Source: Antechinus flavipes
Lineage: Eukaryota
DNA: 64,000 nt
Direction of reading: 5' to 3'
Assembly: GCF_016432865.1 (NCBI RefSeq)
Contig: NC_067403.1
Location: forward strand, 200,074,001-200,138,000
The position numbers and the translations under genes are program-made. Positions 50,601 to 63,187 of this stretch are shown piece after piece (position 1 is the stretch's first letter; every line of letters starts with the position of its first letter). The notes under the pieces are model-generated. The model ran no database searches and was not told where the DNA came from. It was given only the letters and a program-made list of their open reading frames with translations.

Positions 50601-51514
50601 AAATCAGAGGCTAGTAATCCTCTTAACAAGCTATTATATTCATCCAGGAGAATGATACTAAGGAACTGGTAGGGAAAGCAGTGAGGATTCCTCCTATTAC
50701 TATCTCAACCCTCACTATTAAATCGTAAACTACATACTTTCAGGAGGTAGACCTGAAATAAATTTTATCTTCCTTCCAGTGCCCAGCATAGGGCTCTGCA
50801 TATTACAAGTGCCCAATTAATGTTTATTGTACTGTTAAATTTGAGATAAGAGAGAAACTATCAACTCAGTTCTAGCTTCCTCCCTTCACTATCCTTCCTT
50901 CCTCTGACTTCTAAACCCACCCATGTCTCCTTTGGCCCAGGGATAGGGAAGGCTGTGTGCTATGAGCTCGCCCGACGTGGGGCTCATGTGGTCCTTGGCT
51001 GCCGGAACCTGACTCAGGGGAGAAAAGCACTTGAGGACATCCAGAAAGCCACTGGGAACAAGAATCTCCTCCTTCGAGAGTTGGACCTCAGCTCTGTGGC
51101 CTCCATCCAGAGCTTTTCCCAGAAACTTCTTGTAGAAGAACCCCACATCCATATTCTGGTCAACAATGCTGGAATCTGTGGTATGTTTTCCCCCCATCCC
51201 AGGTCTAGAGATTGCTCATAATAGAAAATTCTTCCCAACTATACCACAACTACCCATTCTGACTCCCTCTCCTCCTAAGTAACCACACTTCAAAATTAAG
51301 TGTTCCTCCTGAATTTTAAATCCAAATTTCCCAACACACATGCTTTTCACCTTCTCTCATGTAATTCAACTTGGAGATTGTGTGATGACTCTAACCCTCT
51401 TGTATTCTTGCTTTCTTCCAGGGCTACCCTACAAGACTATTACTTCAGATGGCCTGGAATTGACTTTCATGACCAATTACCTTGGACACTTTCTGCTCAC
51501 AAACCTGTTACTGA
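47645..51514 (+). CDS. Short-chain dehydrogenase/reductase, RDH11/12/13/14-DHRS13-like; first three coding exons (partial)
   Basis: Exons 47645-47813, 50941-51180, 51422-51514; all phase 1, GT-AG, no stops. Hydrophobic N-anchor YVLPFLSLLLIVLWMVY, Rossmann TGANSG|IG, LDLSS, LVNNAG, TNYLGHFLLTNLLL. The catalytic YxxxK half was not found in the window. Confidence 0.88.
49250..50580 (-). mobile_element. L1 3' fragments (ORF2 C-terminus and 3' UTR) in SDR intron 1
   Basis: Minus ORF LIYKKSSHSPIDKW...LIREMQIKTTLRYHYTPVR; duplicated 3' UTR segments. Confidence 0.88.
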
Positions 51515-51849
51515 GTGAGGATAAAACACAGCCTTCCCCCAATCTCTTTTCTTCTCCTAGACCCTTATTCTCTGAACAAAGCCATGCTTCAGAAGGGACC
51601 TCAAATGTCATCTAGAAAATCTTTCTCTAAATAGAAATTCTTACATCATTCCCATCCAATGTTCACTTGATGAGTTCTAGTACTAAGAGACTACTACCAA
51701 GAAGAAGCCTATTCTACTTTTGGTTATTAGAAAGGTTTTCTTTATACTGTATTGAAAGGAAATCTGCTTTCCTTTTATATTCTTCTCCTGTTCTTGTTAC
51801 TGTCCTCTGGAGCCAATCAGAACAAACTTCTTATTTTATTTTTTAAGTT

Positions 51850-53370
51850 TTAAAAATTGTTTTATTTTTCTGGTTATACATGTATATTAACTTTTTAAAA
51901 CATTCATTTCTTGATGAATTATGTTGGGAGAGAGAAATCAGGACAAAAGGGAAAAACCAGGAAAGAAGGGGGAAAAAAACAAAAAAAAAAATGAACATAG
52001 GAGTATGTTGATTACTTTCAATATCTATAGTTCTCTTTCTGCATGCAGATGGCATTTTCTTTCCAAAGTTTATTGGGATAATTGGATCACAGAATCACTG
52101 AGAAGAACTAGTCTTTCATAGTTGATCATCATATAATCTTGCTGATACTCTGTACAATGTATTCCTGTTTCTACTTGTTTCACTTAGCATCAATTTGTGT
52201 AAAATTTTCCAGGCTCTTCTAAAATTAACCTGATCATTTTTTATAGAAGAATAATATTCCATTACTTTAATATACCATTACTTATTTAGCTATTCCCCAA
52301 TTGATGGGCATCTACTCATTTTCCAATTCTTTGCTACCACAAAAAGAGCTGCTATAAATATTTCTGCACATGTGGGTCCTTTCCCCCACTTTATGATTTC
52401 TTTAAGATATAGACCCAGTAATGGCAATTCTGGATCAAAGGATATGATATATGCATAGGATATATGCATAGTTTTGTAGTCTTTTGAGCACAGTTCCAAA
52501 TTTCTCTCCAGAATGGTTGAAATTTCTCAACTTCACATGCCCTCCAACATTTTTCATTTTCTTTTTCTGTAATCCTAGCCAATCTGAGGGATGGTACCTC
52601 AGAGTGGTTTTAATTTACATTTTTCTAATCAAGAGTGATTTAGAGGATTTTTTCATATGACTTACATGGCTTTAATTTAATCATCTGAAAATTGTCCATA
52701 TCCTTTGATCTTTTATCAATTGCAAAATGACTTGTATTCTCATAAATATGACAGAGTTCTTTATATATTTTAGAAATGAGGCCTTTTTCAGAACACTGGT
52801 TGTAAAAAAATTTTCCCACCTTGGTTCTTCTCTTTTAATCTTGTTTGTGTTGGTTTTGTTTGTGCAGAAACTTTTTAATTTAATATAATCAATCAAAGTT
52901 GTCCATTTTGCATTTCATAATGTTCTCTAGTTCTTCTTTGGTCATAAATTTCTCCCTTCTCCAAAGATCTGAGAGGTAAGCTATCCCTTGTTTTTCTGAT
53001 TTGCTTATGGCATCACCCCTTTATGTCCAAATTATGTACCCATTTTGACCTTATTTTGGTATGGAGTGTGGGATGTAGGTCTATGCCAAGTTTCTGACAT
53101 ATTATTTTCCAGTTTCCCCAGCAATTTTTGTGAAATAGTGAGTGAGTTATTATCCCAGAAGTTGGAGTTTGGGGATTTATCAACTACTAGATTACTATAG
53201 TCATTGATTATTGTGTCATGTGTATCTAACCTATTCCACTGATCTACCACTCTATTTCCTAACCAGTATCAAATGGTTTATGATTACTGCTTTATAGTAG
53301 AGTTTTGGTCTGCTCCTGCTATGCCACCATCCTTTGCAATTTTTTTTCATTAATTCCTCTGATATTTTTG
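51850..53370 (-). mobile_element. 5'-truncated decayed L1
   Basis: Minus-strand ORF2 remnants (DYIKLKSFCT, VDQWNRL, FIAALFVVAKNWK). Confidence 0.88.
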
Positions 53371-53432
53371 CCATTTTGTTTTTTTTTTTTGGCTGAATAA
53401 ATTGTGATATATGAAAGTAATGGGATATTATT

Positions 53433-53607
53433 TTTTTTTTATTTTATTTAATTTAATAATAACTTTATATTGACAGAATCCATGCCAGGGTAATTTTTTA
53501 CAACATTATCCCTTGCACTCGCTTCTGTTTCTATTTTTTTCCCTCCCTCCCTTCACCCCCTCCCCTAGATGGCAAGCAGTCCTATATATGTTAGATATGT
53601 TGCAGTA
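53433..53607 (-). mobile_element. Short young L1 3'-end insertion inside a plus-strand L1 remnant (~53395-54005)
   Basis: TSD GGGATATTATT at 53422-53432 and 53608-53618; T-rich tail. Confidence 0.75.
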
Positions 53608-54645
53608 GGGATATTATTATTCTATAAAAAATGATGATCAGGTTGATTTTAGAAAGGCCTGGAAAGATTTATACAAACTGATAGCTGAGTGAAACAAGCA
53701 GAATCAGAAATACTATATCAATAACAGCAAGATTGTGTGATGATCAGCTATGAAAGACTTTGTTCTTCTCAGGGATTCAGTGATCCAAGGCAAGCACAAT
53801 AAACTTTGGATAGAAAACACCATTGCATCCAGAAAGAAAATTATGGAGACTGAATGTAAATCAACACATGCTATGTTCCTTTTTTTCTGTTTTTTTTCTC
53901 TCCTGTGTTTTTTTCCCTTTTGTTATGATTTTCATCTCTAAATATGATTCACAAAGAATTGTATATTTAAAAATTAATATACATGCATAGCCAGAGAAAT
54001 AAATAAAATGTTTTTTTAAAAAATCCCAATATATTGTAGCATTCCATTTTAAAATTCACTCTGCTGTTTGCTTCCATTTTATGGGAGAGTTCATCCCATT
54101 CCCATTCATAGTTATGATTATCAGCTCAGAACAAATTTTATCCCTCATCCATGTGGCAAGTCTTCAGATACTTGAAGACTGTAATCATTCCCTATTATGC
54201 TTTCTTTTCTCTGGACTAAGTTAAGGATTAAGTCCCTCTGTTCTTTCAATCAGTCTTCTACATGGCCTATTCTCTAGTCTACTTACCATTCCATTCATCA
54301 TCTGTATACATTCCATTTTGTCTATTCCTTTTTTAATACATGGCTTCTGCAATTATTGCAGAATTCTACTCTAAAGTTCTTCCCTTCATTTTTAATATCA
54401 TTTTGAATTCTTTCTTCATTTCATGCAGGAATTCTAATAGATCTTGTGGTGAAATGGTCATGTTATTGCTGTTGTGGAGTTATTTTCTCTGGATTCTTTT
54501 TTGGTGGATTCATATTTTTTGTTATTTGTACATTCTTATGATTACTAATTTTTTCCAACTTTGTTTCCTTAATTTGGATTTTGTGCTAGAGGCAGGTTTT
54601 TCACATTTTTTGAAAAGTATGGTGGAATAGGCTTTCAAATCTAGC

Positions 54646-54780
54646 NNNNNNNNNNNNNNNNNNNNNNNNNNNNNNNNNNNNNNNNNNNNNNNNNNNNNNN
54701 NNNNNNNNNNNNNNNNNNNNNNNNNNNNNNNNNNNNNNNNNNNNNNNNNNNNNNNNNNNNNNNNNNNNNNNNNNNNNNNN
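54646..54780. other. Assembly gap (135 N)
   Basis: Run of N. Confidence 1.
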
Positions 54781-56459
54781 GAACATTTTTTTCATGTGAT
54801 TATAAATAGTTTTAATTTCTTCATCTGAAAACTTTGTCCATTTATCAATTGGGGAAATAAATTGTATTCTTATAAATTTGACTCAGTTTTCTATATCTTT
54901 AAAAAATGGGATCTTTATCAGAAATACTTGTCATAAAAATTGTTTCCTATCTTTCTGTTTTCTTTCTAATTTTGCTTGCATTGGTCTTCTTTGTAATAAA
55001 TTTTAAAAATTTAACATAACCAAAATTATCCATTTTGTATTTCATAATGTTATCTATCTATTGCTTGATCATGGTCTTCTTTTCTCCATAGATATGACAG
55101 GTAAACTTATTTTTTGCTCTCCTAATTTGCTTATGATATTATCCTGTTTAAAGCATGTATCCATTTTGACCTTATTTTGATAAATTATATGAGATGTTAG
55201 TCTATGCCTACCTTCTGCGATATTATTTTCTAGTTTTTCCAATAGTGTTCTTATACTGAGTTCTTATCTCAGAATCTGAAATCTTTGGATTTATTAAATA
55301 TTAGTTTACTAAAATTATTTACTACTGTGTCTTTTGTACCTAATCTATTTCATTAATCTCTTAGCCAGGACTAAAGTTCTTATGATTGCTACTTTATAAT
55401 ATAGTTTTAGATCTAGTATGGCTAGGTCACCTTCCTTTGCATTGTGATATAATTGGTATAGTATTGAATAAGTAAATCAATTTAGTAGAATTGTCATTTT
55501 TTATTATATTAGCTCAGTCTATGTGTGAGTAATATTTTTACAATTGTATAGGTCTGACTTCATTTATGTGAAAAGTGTTTTGTAATTGTGTTCATATAAT
55601 TCCTAGGTTTGTCTTGGCAAGTAGTTTCTTAAATATTTTATATTGTACATCATTACTTTAAATGGAAATTCTCTTTTTATCTCTTCTTGTTGAGTTTTGT
55701 TGGTAATATATATAAATGCTGATGATTTATGTGGATTTATTTTATATCCTGCAGCTTTGCCAAAATTGTTCATTATTTTATTGTTTTTTAGTTAATTCTT
55801 TAAGTATACCATTATATCATCTGCAAAGAGTAAGAGTTTTATTTCCTCGTTGCCCATTCCAATTCCTTTAATTTTTTTCTTTACTTATTGATAAAGCTAA
55901 TATTTCTAATACAATATTGAATCCCAGTGGTAATAATGGGCATCCTTGTTTCATCCTTGATCTTATTGGGAAACATTTCAGATAATGCTTGCTGATGCTT
56001 TGCTTATCATTTTAAGGAAAACTTCATTTATTTCTATGTTCTCTATTGTTTTTAATAAGAATGAGTACTATATTTTGTCAAAAGGTTTTTCTGTCTCGAA
56101 ATAATCATATATTTTCTCTCAGTTTTGTTACTGATAATAGTCAATTATGTTAATAGCTTTCCTAATATTGAACCAGCCTTGCATTCCTGGTCATAATATA
56201 TTATTCTGGTGAAAATTGCTGTAATCACTTTGCTAATGTTTTATTTAAAATTTTTGCATGAAGAGTTAGGGAAATTGGTCTATAATTTTCTTTCTCTGTT
56301 TTGGCTCTTCCTGGTTTAGGGATTAGCACCATATTTATGTCACAAAAGGAATTTGGTAGAACTCCTTCGCTTATTTCTCCAAATAGTTTATATAGTATTG
56401 GAATTAATTGTTCTTTAAATATTTGGTAGAATTCACTTGTAAATTTATCTGGCCCTGGA

Positions 56460-56617
56460 TTTTTTCTTTTTTTTTTCTTTTTGCTGAGACAATTGGGGTT
56501 AAGTGACTTGCCCAGGGTCACACAGCTAGGCAGTATTAAGTGTCTGATACCAAATTTGAACTCAGGTGCTCCTGACTTCAGGACTGGTGCTCTATCCACT
56601 ACACCACCTAGCTGCTC
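56460..56617 (-). mobile_element. WSINE1-like SINE inserted in L1 ORF2
   Basis: Full consensus-like body with A tail. Confidence 0.85.
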
Positions 56618-57201
56618 CCTCCCTGCCCTCCCCCACTCCCCCGATTTTTTCTTAGGGAGTTCATGATGGTTTGTTCAATTTCTTTTTCTAAAATGGGGTT
56701 GTTTCAATATTTTATCTCCTGTTAATCTGGGAAATTTATATTTTTTGAAAATATTAATTTGTTTAACTTAGGCTGTTAGATATATTGGTATACATTAGTG
56801 CAAAATAGCTCTTAATTATTGCTTTAATTTCCTCTTCATTGATAGTGAATTTACCCTTTTCATTTTTGATATTGGTAATTTAGTTTTCCTTGTTTTAAAA
56901 AATCAAATTAACTAAAGTTTTATCTATTTTATTATTATTGTTGGCCTGTTCCCCCCCCCCAATAAAACCAGCTCTTAGTTTTATTTATTAATTCAATAGT
57001 TTTCTCACTTTCAACTTGAATTTTTCTTTTGATTTTTGGAATTTCTAATTTGACATTTAATTGGGGATTCTTAATTTGTTCTTTTTTGAACTTTTAAAGT
57101 TGTATCCCAATTCATTCATCTACTCTCTCTCTACTTTATTCATATAAGTATTCCCCTAAGTACTTCTTTGGCTATATGTATTCTATAAATTTTGTTATGT
57201 T

Positions 57202-57351
57202 GGGAGCAGCTAGGTGGTGCAATAGATAGAGCACCAGCCCTGAAGTTAGGAGAATCTGAGTTCAAATATGGCCTCAGACACTTGACACTTCCCAGGTGTG
57301 TGACCCTGTGCAAGTCATTTAATCCCAATTGCTTTGGCCAAAAAAAAAAAA
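57202..57351 (+). mobile_element. WSINE1-like SINE with TSD
   Basis: gggagcagctaggtggtgcaatagatagagc...A tail; TTGTTATGTT repeated at 57192-57201 and 57352-57361. Confidence 0.85.
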
Positions 57352-57454
57352 TTGTTATGTTATCTCATTATTGTCATTCTTTTTAATGAAGTTATTATTT
57401 CTATGATTTGTTTTTTGACCCACTCATTTTTTCTTAAAAAAATTTTTTTCTTTA

Positions 57455-57612
57455 TTTCTTTGAGAGTCAGTTGGGATTAAGTGACTTGCCCAAGGTCACA
57501 CATTAAGTGAATAGCCCAAGGCTATTTAGTGTTAAGCATTTGAGATCAGATTTGAACTCAGGTTCTCCTGACTCCAGAGCTAATGCTCTATCTACTGCAC
57601 TATCTAGCTGCC
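57455..57612 (-). mobile_element. WSINE1-like SINE
   Basis: ttgggattaagtgacttgcccaaggtcacac...tgcactatctagctgcccc. Confidence 0.8.
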
Positions 57613-59632
57613 CCTTAACCCACTCATTCTTTAAATGAAATTATTTAGTTTCCAGTTAATTTTTAATCTATCTTTCCATAACTCTTAATTATATGTAATT
57701 TTTTATTACATCATGATCTGAAAAAAGATGCATTTAACATGTCTGCCTTTCTAACTTGATCGTGAAAGTTTTTTGCCCTAATACATGATCAGTTTTTGTG
57801 TAGATGCCATGCACTGCTGAGAAAAAGACATATTGCTTTCTATCCCCTTTCAGTTTTCTCCAGAAGTCAATCATATCTAACTTTTCTAAAATTCTGTTCA
57901 CCTCTTTAACATCTTTCTTGTTTATTTTGTGGTTAGATTTACTTGCTTTTGAGAAGGGGAGGTTAAGTTCCTCCTTAGCATAGTTTTGCTTCTATTTCTT
58001 CCTGTAACTCACTTAACGTCTCTTTAATAATTTGTATGCTGTATCACTTGGTGCATGTATATTTGGTATTGATATTATTACTTCATTGTGGCATCTTTCA
58101 AGAAAATATAGTTTTCTTCCTCATCTTTTTAAAGTAGATCTATTTTTTGTTTTTGCTTTTTCTGAGATCATGACTGCTACCCTAGTTTTTTATTGTGTTT
58201 TGTTTTTTACTTTAATTCTGCTACAGCCTTTTACTTTTACTCTGTATGTGTCTCTGTGCTTCAAATGTGTTTCTTATAAAAACATATTGTGGGATTCTGG
58301 TTTTTATTCTACTTTTTTATTCACTTTTGTTTTATGGGAGAGTTCATCCCATTCACATTCATAGTTATTATTTGCTATGTATTTCCTTCCTTCCTACATT
58401 CTCTCCTTTTTATACTTTATTCTTTCCTTTCACCCTTTCCCTCCTCAGCAGTGTTTTGCTTCTGATCAGCATCTTCCCCAAACTACCCTCCCTTCTATCA
58501 ACCCCCCTTTTCTTCCCCTTTTTTCCTCCTTCCCTATAGGGTAAGATAGTTTCCTCTTCCAACTGAGTGTGTATATTATTACCTCTTTGAGACAAATTCA
58601 AAGAATAAGTTTCAAACAATGCTCATCCCTCTTCTCTTCTTTTCTTTTGTGCCTCTTTATGTAATTTACCCTCTTCTGCCTCCCCCTTTTTCTCTTCTCC
58701 CAGTACAATCCTTTTTTTACATTCCTTAATTAATTTTTTATATTATAGCATCAAAGTCAATTTATACCTACACCCTCTAATTATTTTTCTTCTAACTGTT
58801 CTAATATAGAAATAGTTCTCAGAGTTCCAATATCATCTTTTTGTATAGTATGTAAATAGTTTAATCTTATTGAATACCCTCTTATTGTTTTTTCTTTCCT
58901 GTGTATCTTTTTTATGCTTCTGTTGAGTTTTGTATTTAAAGATCAAATTTTCTGTTCAGTTCTGGTCTTTTCATCAGGATAATTAAAAAAAATTTTATTT
59001 AATTGAATGTACATCTTTTCCCCTGAAAGCTATGCTCAATTTTTATGGGTAGTTGAATCTTGGTTGTAATCCAATCTCTTTTGCCTTCTGAAATATCATA
59101 TTCCAAGCCCTCTGATCCTCTAATGTAGAAGTTCCTAAGTCTTGTCAATACTGACTCTGGTTCCTTGATATTTGAATTGTTTCTCTTTGGCTGCTTATAT
59201 AATTTTCTCCTTGACCTGATAGTTTTAGAATTTGTTTATAATATTCCTTGGAGTTTTCATTTTAAGATTTCTTTCAGGAGGGGATCAGTGTATTCTTTCA
59301 AGAAAATTTTACCCTCTGTTTCTAGGCTATCAGGGAAGCTGTTTTTGATCATTTTTTAAAATCTTTTTTTGATCATGGCTTTCAGGTAGTCCAATAGTTC
59401 TTAGATTTATCTCTCTTAGGTCTATTTTCCTGGACAGCTGATTTTCCAGTGAGGTATTTTATATTTTCTTTTAGTTCTTCATTGTCATTAACTTCTAATT
59501 GCCCAATTCTAATACTTTAAAGAATTATGTTCTTCAGTTAGTTTTTGTATCTCCTTTTCTATTTGTCCAATTCTACTTTTAAAGAAGTTGTTTTCTTCAG
59601 TGGATTTCTCTCCCCAATTTGACCAGCTCTAA

Positions 59633-62600
59633 TTTTTTTAGATTTGCTAAATTTACTTTGAAAATCATGAAACATTTCTTAGAATAGGGCATTACATTCT
59701 GCTTGCTGCTTTGTTTTATTTATTTATTTATTTATTTATTTTTAAATTTTTTATTTAATAATTACTTTATATTGACACTCGTTTCTGTTCCGATTTTTTT
59801 CCCCTCCCTCCCTCCACCCCCTCCCCTAGATGGCAAGCAGTCCTTTATATGTTGGATATGTTGCAGTATATCCTAGATACAATATATGTTTGCAGAACCG
59901 AACAGTTCTCTTGTTGCATAGGGAGAATTGGATTCAGAAGGTATAAATGACCCGGGAAAAAAAACAAAAATGCAGATAGTTCACATTCGTTTCCCAGTGT
60001 TCTTTCTTTGGGTGTAGCTGCTTTTGTCCGTCATTTATCAATTGAAACTCAGGTCTCTTTGTCAAAGAAATCCACTTCCATCAAAATATGTCCTCATACA
60101 ATATTGTTGTCGAAGTGTATAATGATCTCCTGGTTCTGCTCATTTCACTTAGCATCAGTTCATGTAAGTCTCGCCAGTCCTCTCTGTATTCATCCTGCTG
60201 GTCATTTCTTACAGAACAATAATATTCCATAACATTCATATACCACAATTTACCCAGCCATTCTCCAATTGATGGGCATCCATTCATTTTCCAGTTTCTG
60301 GCCACTACAAACAGGGCTGCTACAAACATTTTGGCACATACGGTCCCTTTCCCTTCTTTAGTATTTCTTTGGGATATAAGCCCAATAGAAACACTGCTGG
60401 ATCAAAGGGTATGCACAGTTTGATAATTTTTTGGGCATAATTCCAGATTGCTCTCCAGAATGGTTGGATTCGTTCACAGCTCCACCAACAATGCATTAGT
60501 GTCCCAGTTTTCCCACATCCCCTCCAACATTCATCATTATTTTTTCCTGTCATCTTAGCCAATCTGACAGGTATGTAGTGGTATCTCAGAGTTGTCTTAA
60601 TTTGCATTTCTCTGATCAATAATGATTTGGAACACTCTTTCATATGAGTGGTAATAGTTTCAATTTCATCCTCTGAAAATTGTCTGTTCATATCCTTTGA
60701 CCATTTATCAATTGGAGAATGGCTTGATTTCTTATAAATTTGAGTCAGTTCTCTATATATTTTGGAAATGAGGCCTTTATCAGAACCTTTAACTGTGAAA
60801 ATGTTTTCCCAGTTTGTTGCTTCCCTTCTAATCTTGTTTGCATTAGTTTTATTTGTACAAAGGCTTTTTAATTTGATGTAATCGAAATTTTCTATTTTGT
60901 GATCAGTAATGGTCTCTAGTTCATCTTTGGTCACAAATTTCTTTCTCCTCCACAAGTCTGAGAGATAAACTATTCTATGTTCCTCTAATTTATTTATAAT
61001 CTCGTTCTTTATGTCTAGGTCATAGACCCATTTTGATCTTATCTTGGTATATGGTGTTAAGTGTGGGTCCATGCCTAATTTCTGCCATACTAATTTCCAA
61101 TTATCCCAGCAGTTTTTATCAAATAATGAATTCTTTTCCCAGAAGTTAGGGGCTTTGGGTTTGTCAAACACTAGATTGCTATAATGCTTGCTGCTTTGAA
61201 TGGATGCCAGGGACATGTGGATTCTTGATACTCTTTCTCCCCTATCCTACCCCACCCCCCAAACAAATTTACAGTGATCACAAAGCAAGGTATTCACAAT
61301 AGTTACAAAAGGGGAAAATATTATTATTAATATTTTTACCACCAACAGTGAACAAAAATAAAATTCACTCTCTCTATTGCTGTTTCAAAAATTCAGTGTT
61401 AGTTTTGCACCCTCTCCCTTCTCTTCTCCTCCCTTCCTGCCAATTTGTAAGAAACTAAAGCATTAAATCTGGTGAACAGCAGAAGATTTCCCCATACCTC
61501 AAATTCAGAATACCTATGAAGTAGAGGAATGCTGACTTTTAAAACAGAAGCAGATTAAAAAGAATTGCAGGACTCCTTTTGTTCTTCACTAGTCTTAGAA
61601 AAACTTTTCAGAATACTGCTTCACAACACAGAAAAAGAAAAACACACACACACACACACATATCTTGTATTAGAGTCCTTCAACATCTGCCTAATGTCTC
61701 ACACTGTTTTGCAGTAAATATTGTGCATCCTGTATCTGATCCTATGTTCCTGTAATGGTCATCCTCAGATCCTTCCAAAGGCTCACAATTTTGTTTAATT
61801 TGCTGACCACATTTGCCAATAATAGATCCAGCCAATTTTTGGGAATAGATGCTTGTGTTGTAATAATGGGTCCATGGCCTCCTGCATATGAATAATCATA
61901 TCCAGAATCACCCTGTGGCTCATAAGTCATCTGCATTTGGAAGACTTCCAGGTATCTTTGCAGAATCCTAAGTATTATTAGCACTAAAATCAACTATGTT
62001 TCTGTAATGGTCTGTCATACGCCATAAGATCTCCTCTAGATGGTAATGGTGAAACAGGAATTTTTCAAGCTCTGATATCATCCCTGCCACCACTTCCAGG
62101 AGGAGGAAGCCCTGTGTGAGGGCTTCTGTCAACATAATCTCTTCTGGATGGGGACATAAGACTTCCACCATGACCTGGGGGCATTCTGTCAAAGCTTCCT
62201 CTTCCCCATGGGAAAGCTTACAGGGCATCCTCCTCCATCATCAAATATCATTGTGAAACCATCATAGTCATAGATTTCATCATAGAATTTGGGATTATAG
62301 GATGGTGCATATTTTTTTATGGGAAACTCAGATATAAGATACAGTATAACCTTTATGCACGCCACAACTCCATCAGGCTTTCCATTGATAAGAACAATTC
62401 TTTCCATGGAATGAGGACAGCAGTTCTGGAAAAGTTTGATAGCTGAGAGTTCGATTGAAGTTCTTTGATCTTAGTACTTTTGGCCCCAGTAATTTCTTTG
62501 GCCAGACTCTGGTGAATCGACAGTCTTAACTTGCAGTCAGAGTCTCTTTCTTGGATAATGTTGACAATTTAAACATTCTATAGCATCAGATTCAAGTGGG

Positions 62601-63014
62601 AGTTGACTGGATGCAGTGGGTAATAGCAACTGCAGGCTCCCTTCTGAGGTAGGGATCATTTTCTTCAGAATTCCTCCAATTGTTTCACTATCTGCACTGA
62701 TACTCAATATATACTCAGGGCTACTGCTGTATGAGACTGAAACATCAGCATTGTAGTCTGTATGAAGTGCTTTAATATTTTTGCTTCCTTTCCCAATCAC
62801 TACTCCAGCATTCTTACTTTAAAACAAAATATGTAGTTCAACCCTCTCATCAGTGTCTAGATCTTTTAAAAGCCTGCTCCTCCTCCATATCTTCAGCAAG
62901 CACTTATCAAATTCACCATTGGTTTCAGAATTGGGGAAGGTTTCTTCTGACTGCTCAATCTCCATTTTCTCAGATTAAATGGGTTGACAATTGCAAGAAG
63001 CCACTTCTCTTCTC
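59633..63014 (-). pseudogene. HNRNPK: HNRNPK processed pseudogene
   Basis: Intronless; ATG 62965 (MEIEQSEETFPNSETNGEF); KH remnants ([23 protein letters not shown]); frameshifts and stops; 3' UTR; A7 tail at 59633-59639; TSD TTGACCAGCTCTA (59619-59631) / TTGACCAGTTCTA (63015-63027). Confidence 0.93.
59714..61184 (-). mobile_element. Young 5'-truncated L1 inside the HNRNPK retrocopy 3' UTR
   Basis: About 290 uninterrupted codons of ORF2 C-terminus (CWRGCGKTGTLMHCWWSC); (AAAT)n tail; perfect 14-bp TSD TGCTTGCTGCTTTG at 59700-59713 and 61185-61198. Confidence 0.93.
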
Positions 63015-63029
63015 TTGACCAGTTCTATC

Positions 63030-63187
63030 TATATTTATTTATTTATTTATTTTTGCTGAGGCAATTGGGGTTGTGACTTGCCCAGAGTCACACAGGGAGG
63101 AAGTGTTAAGTGTTTGGGGTCACATTTGAACTCAGGTCCTTCTGACTTCAGGGCTGGTACTCTATCCACTATGCCACCTAGTTGCCC
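63030..63187 (-). mobile_element. WSINE1-like SINE next to the HNRNPK TSD
   Basis: (ttta)n tail then gctgaggcaattgggg...ccactatgccacctagttgccc. Confidence 0.85.

Noticed and set aside
54601-54795. ORF spanning the N run
   Set aside because: Assembly-gap artefact.
57202-57351. tRNA-like A/B-box sequence here and in the other SINE heads
   Set aside because: SINE bodies and A tails follow; no complete cloverleaf, so not tRNA genes.
61742-62800. KH-domain ORF fragments as a functional retrogene
   Set aside because: Multiple frameshifts and stops, starting within the first ~25 codons.
59714-63014. HNRNPK-L1 template-switch chimera hypothesis
   Set aside because: The L1 has its own perfect 14-bp TSD and the HNRNPK UTR continues beyond it, so the insertions were sequential.
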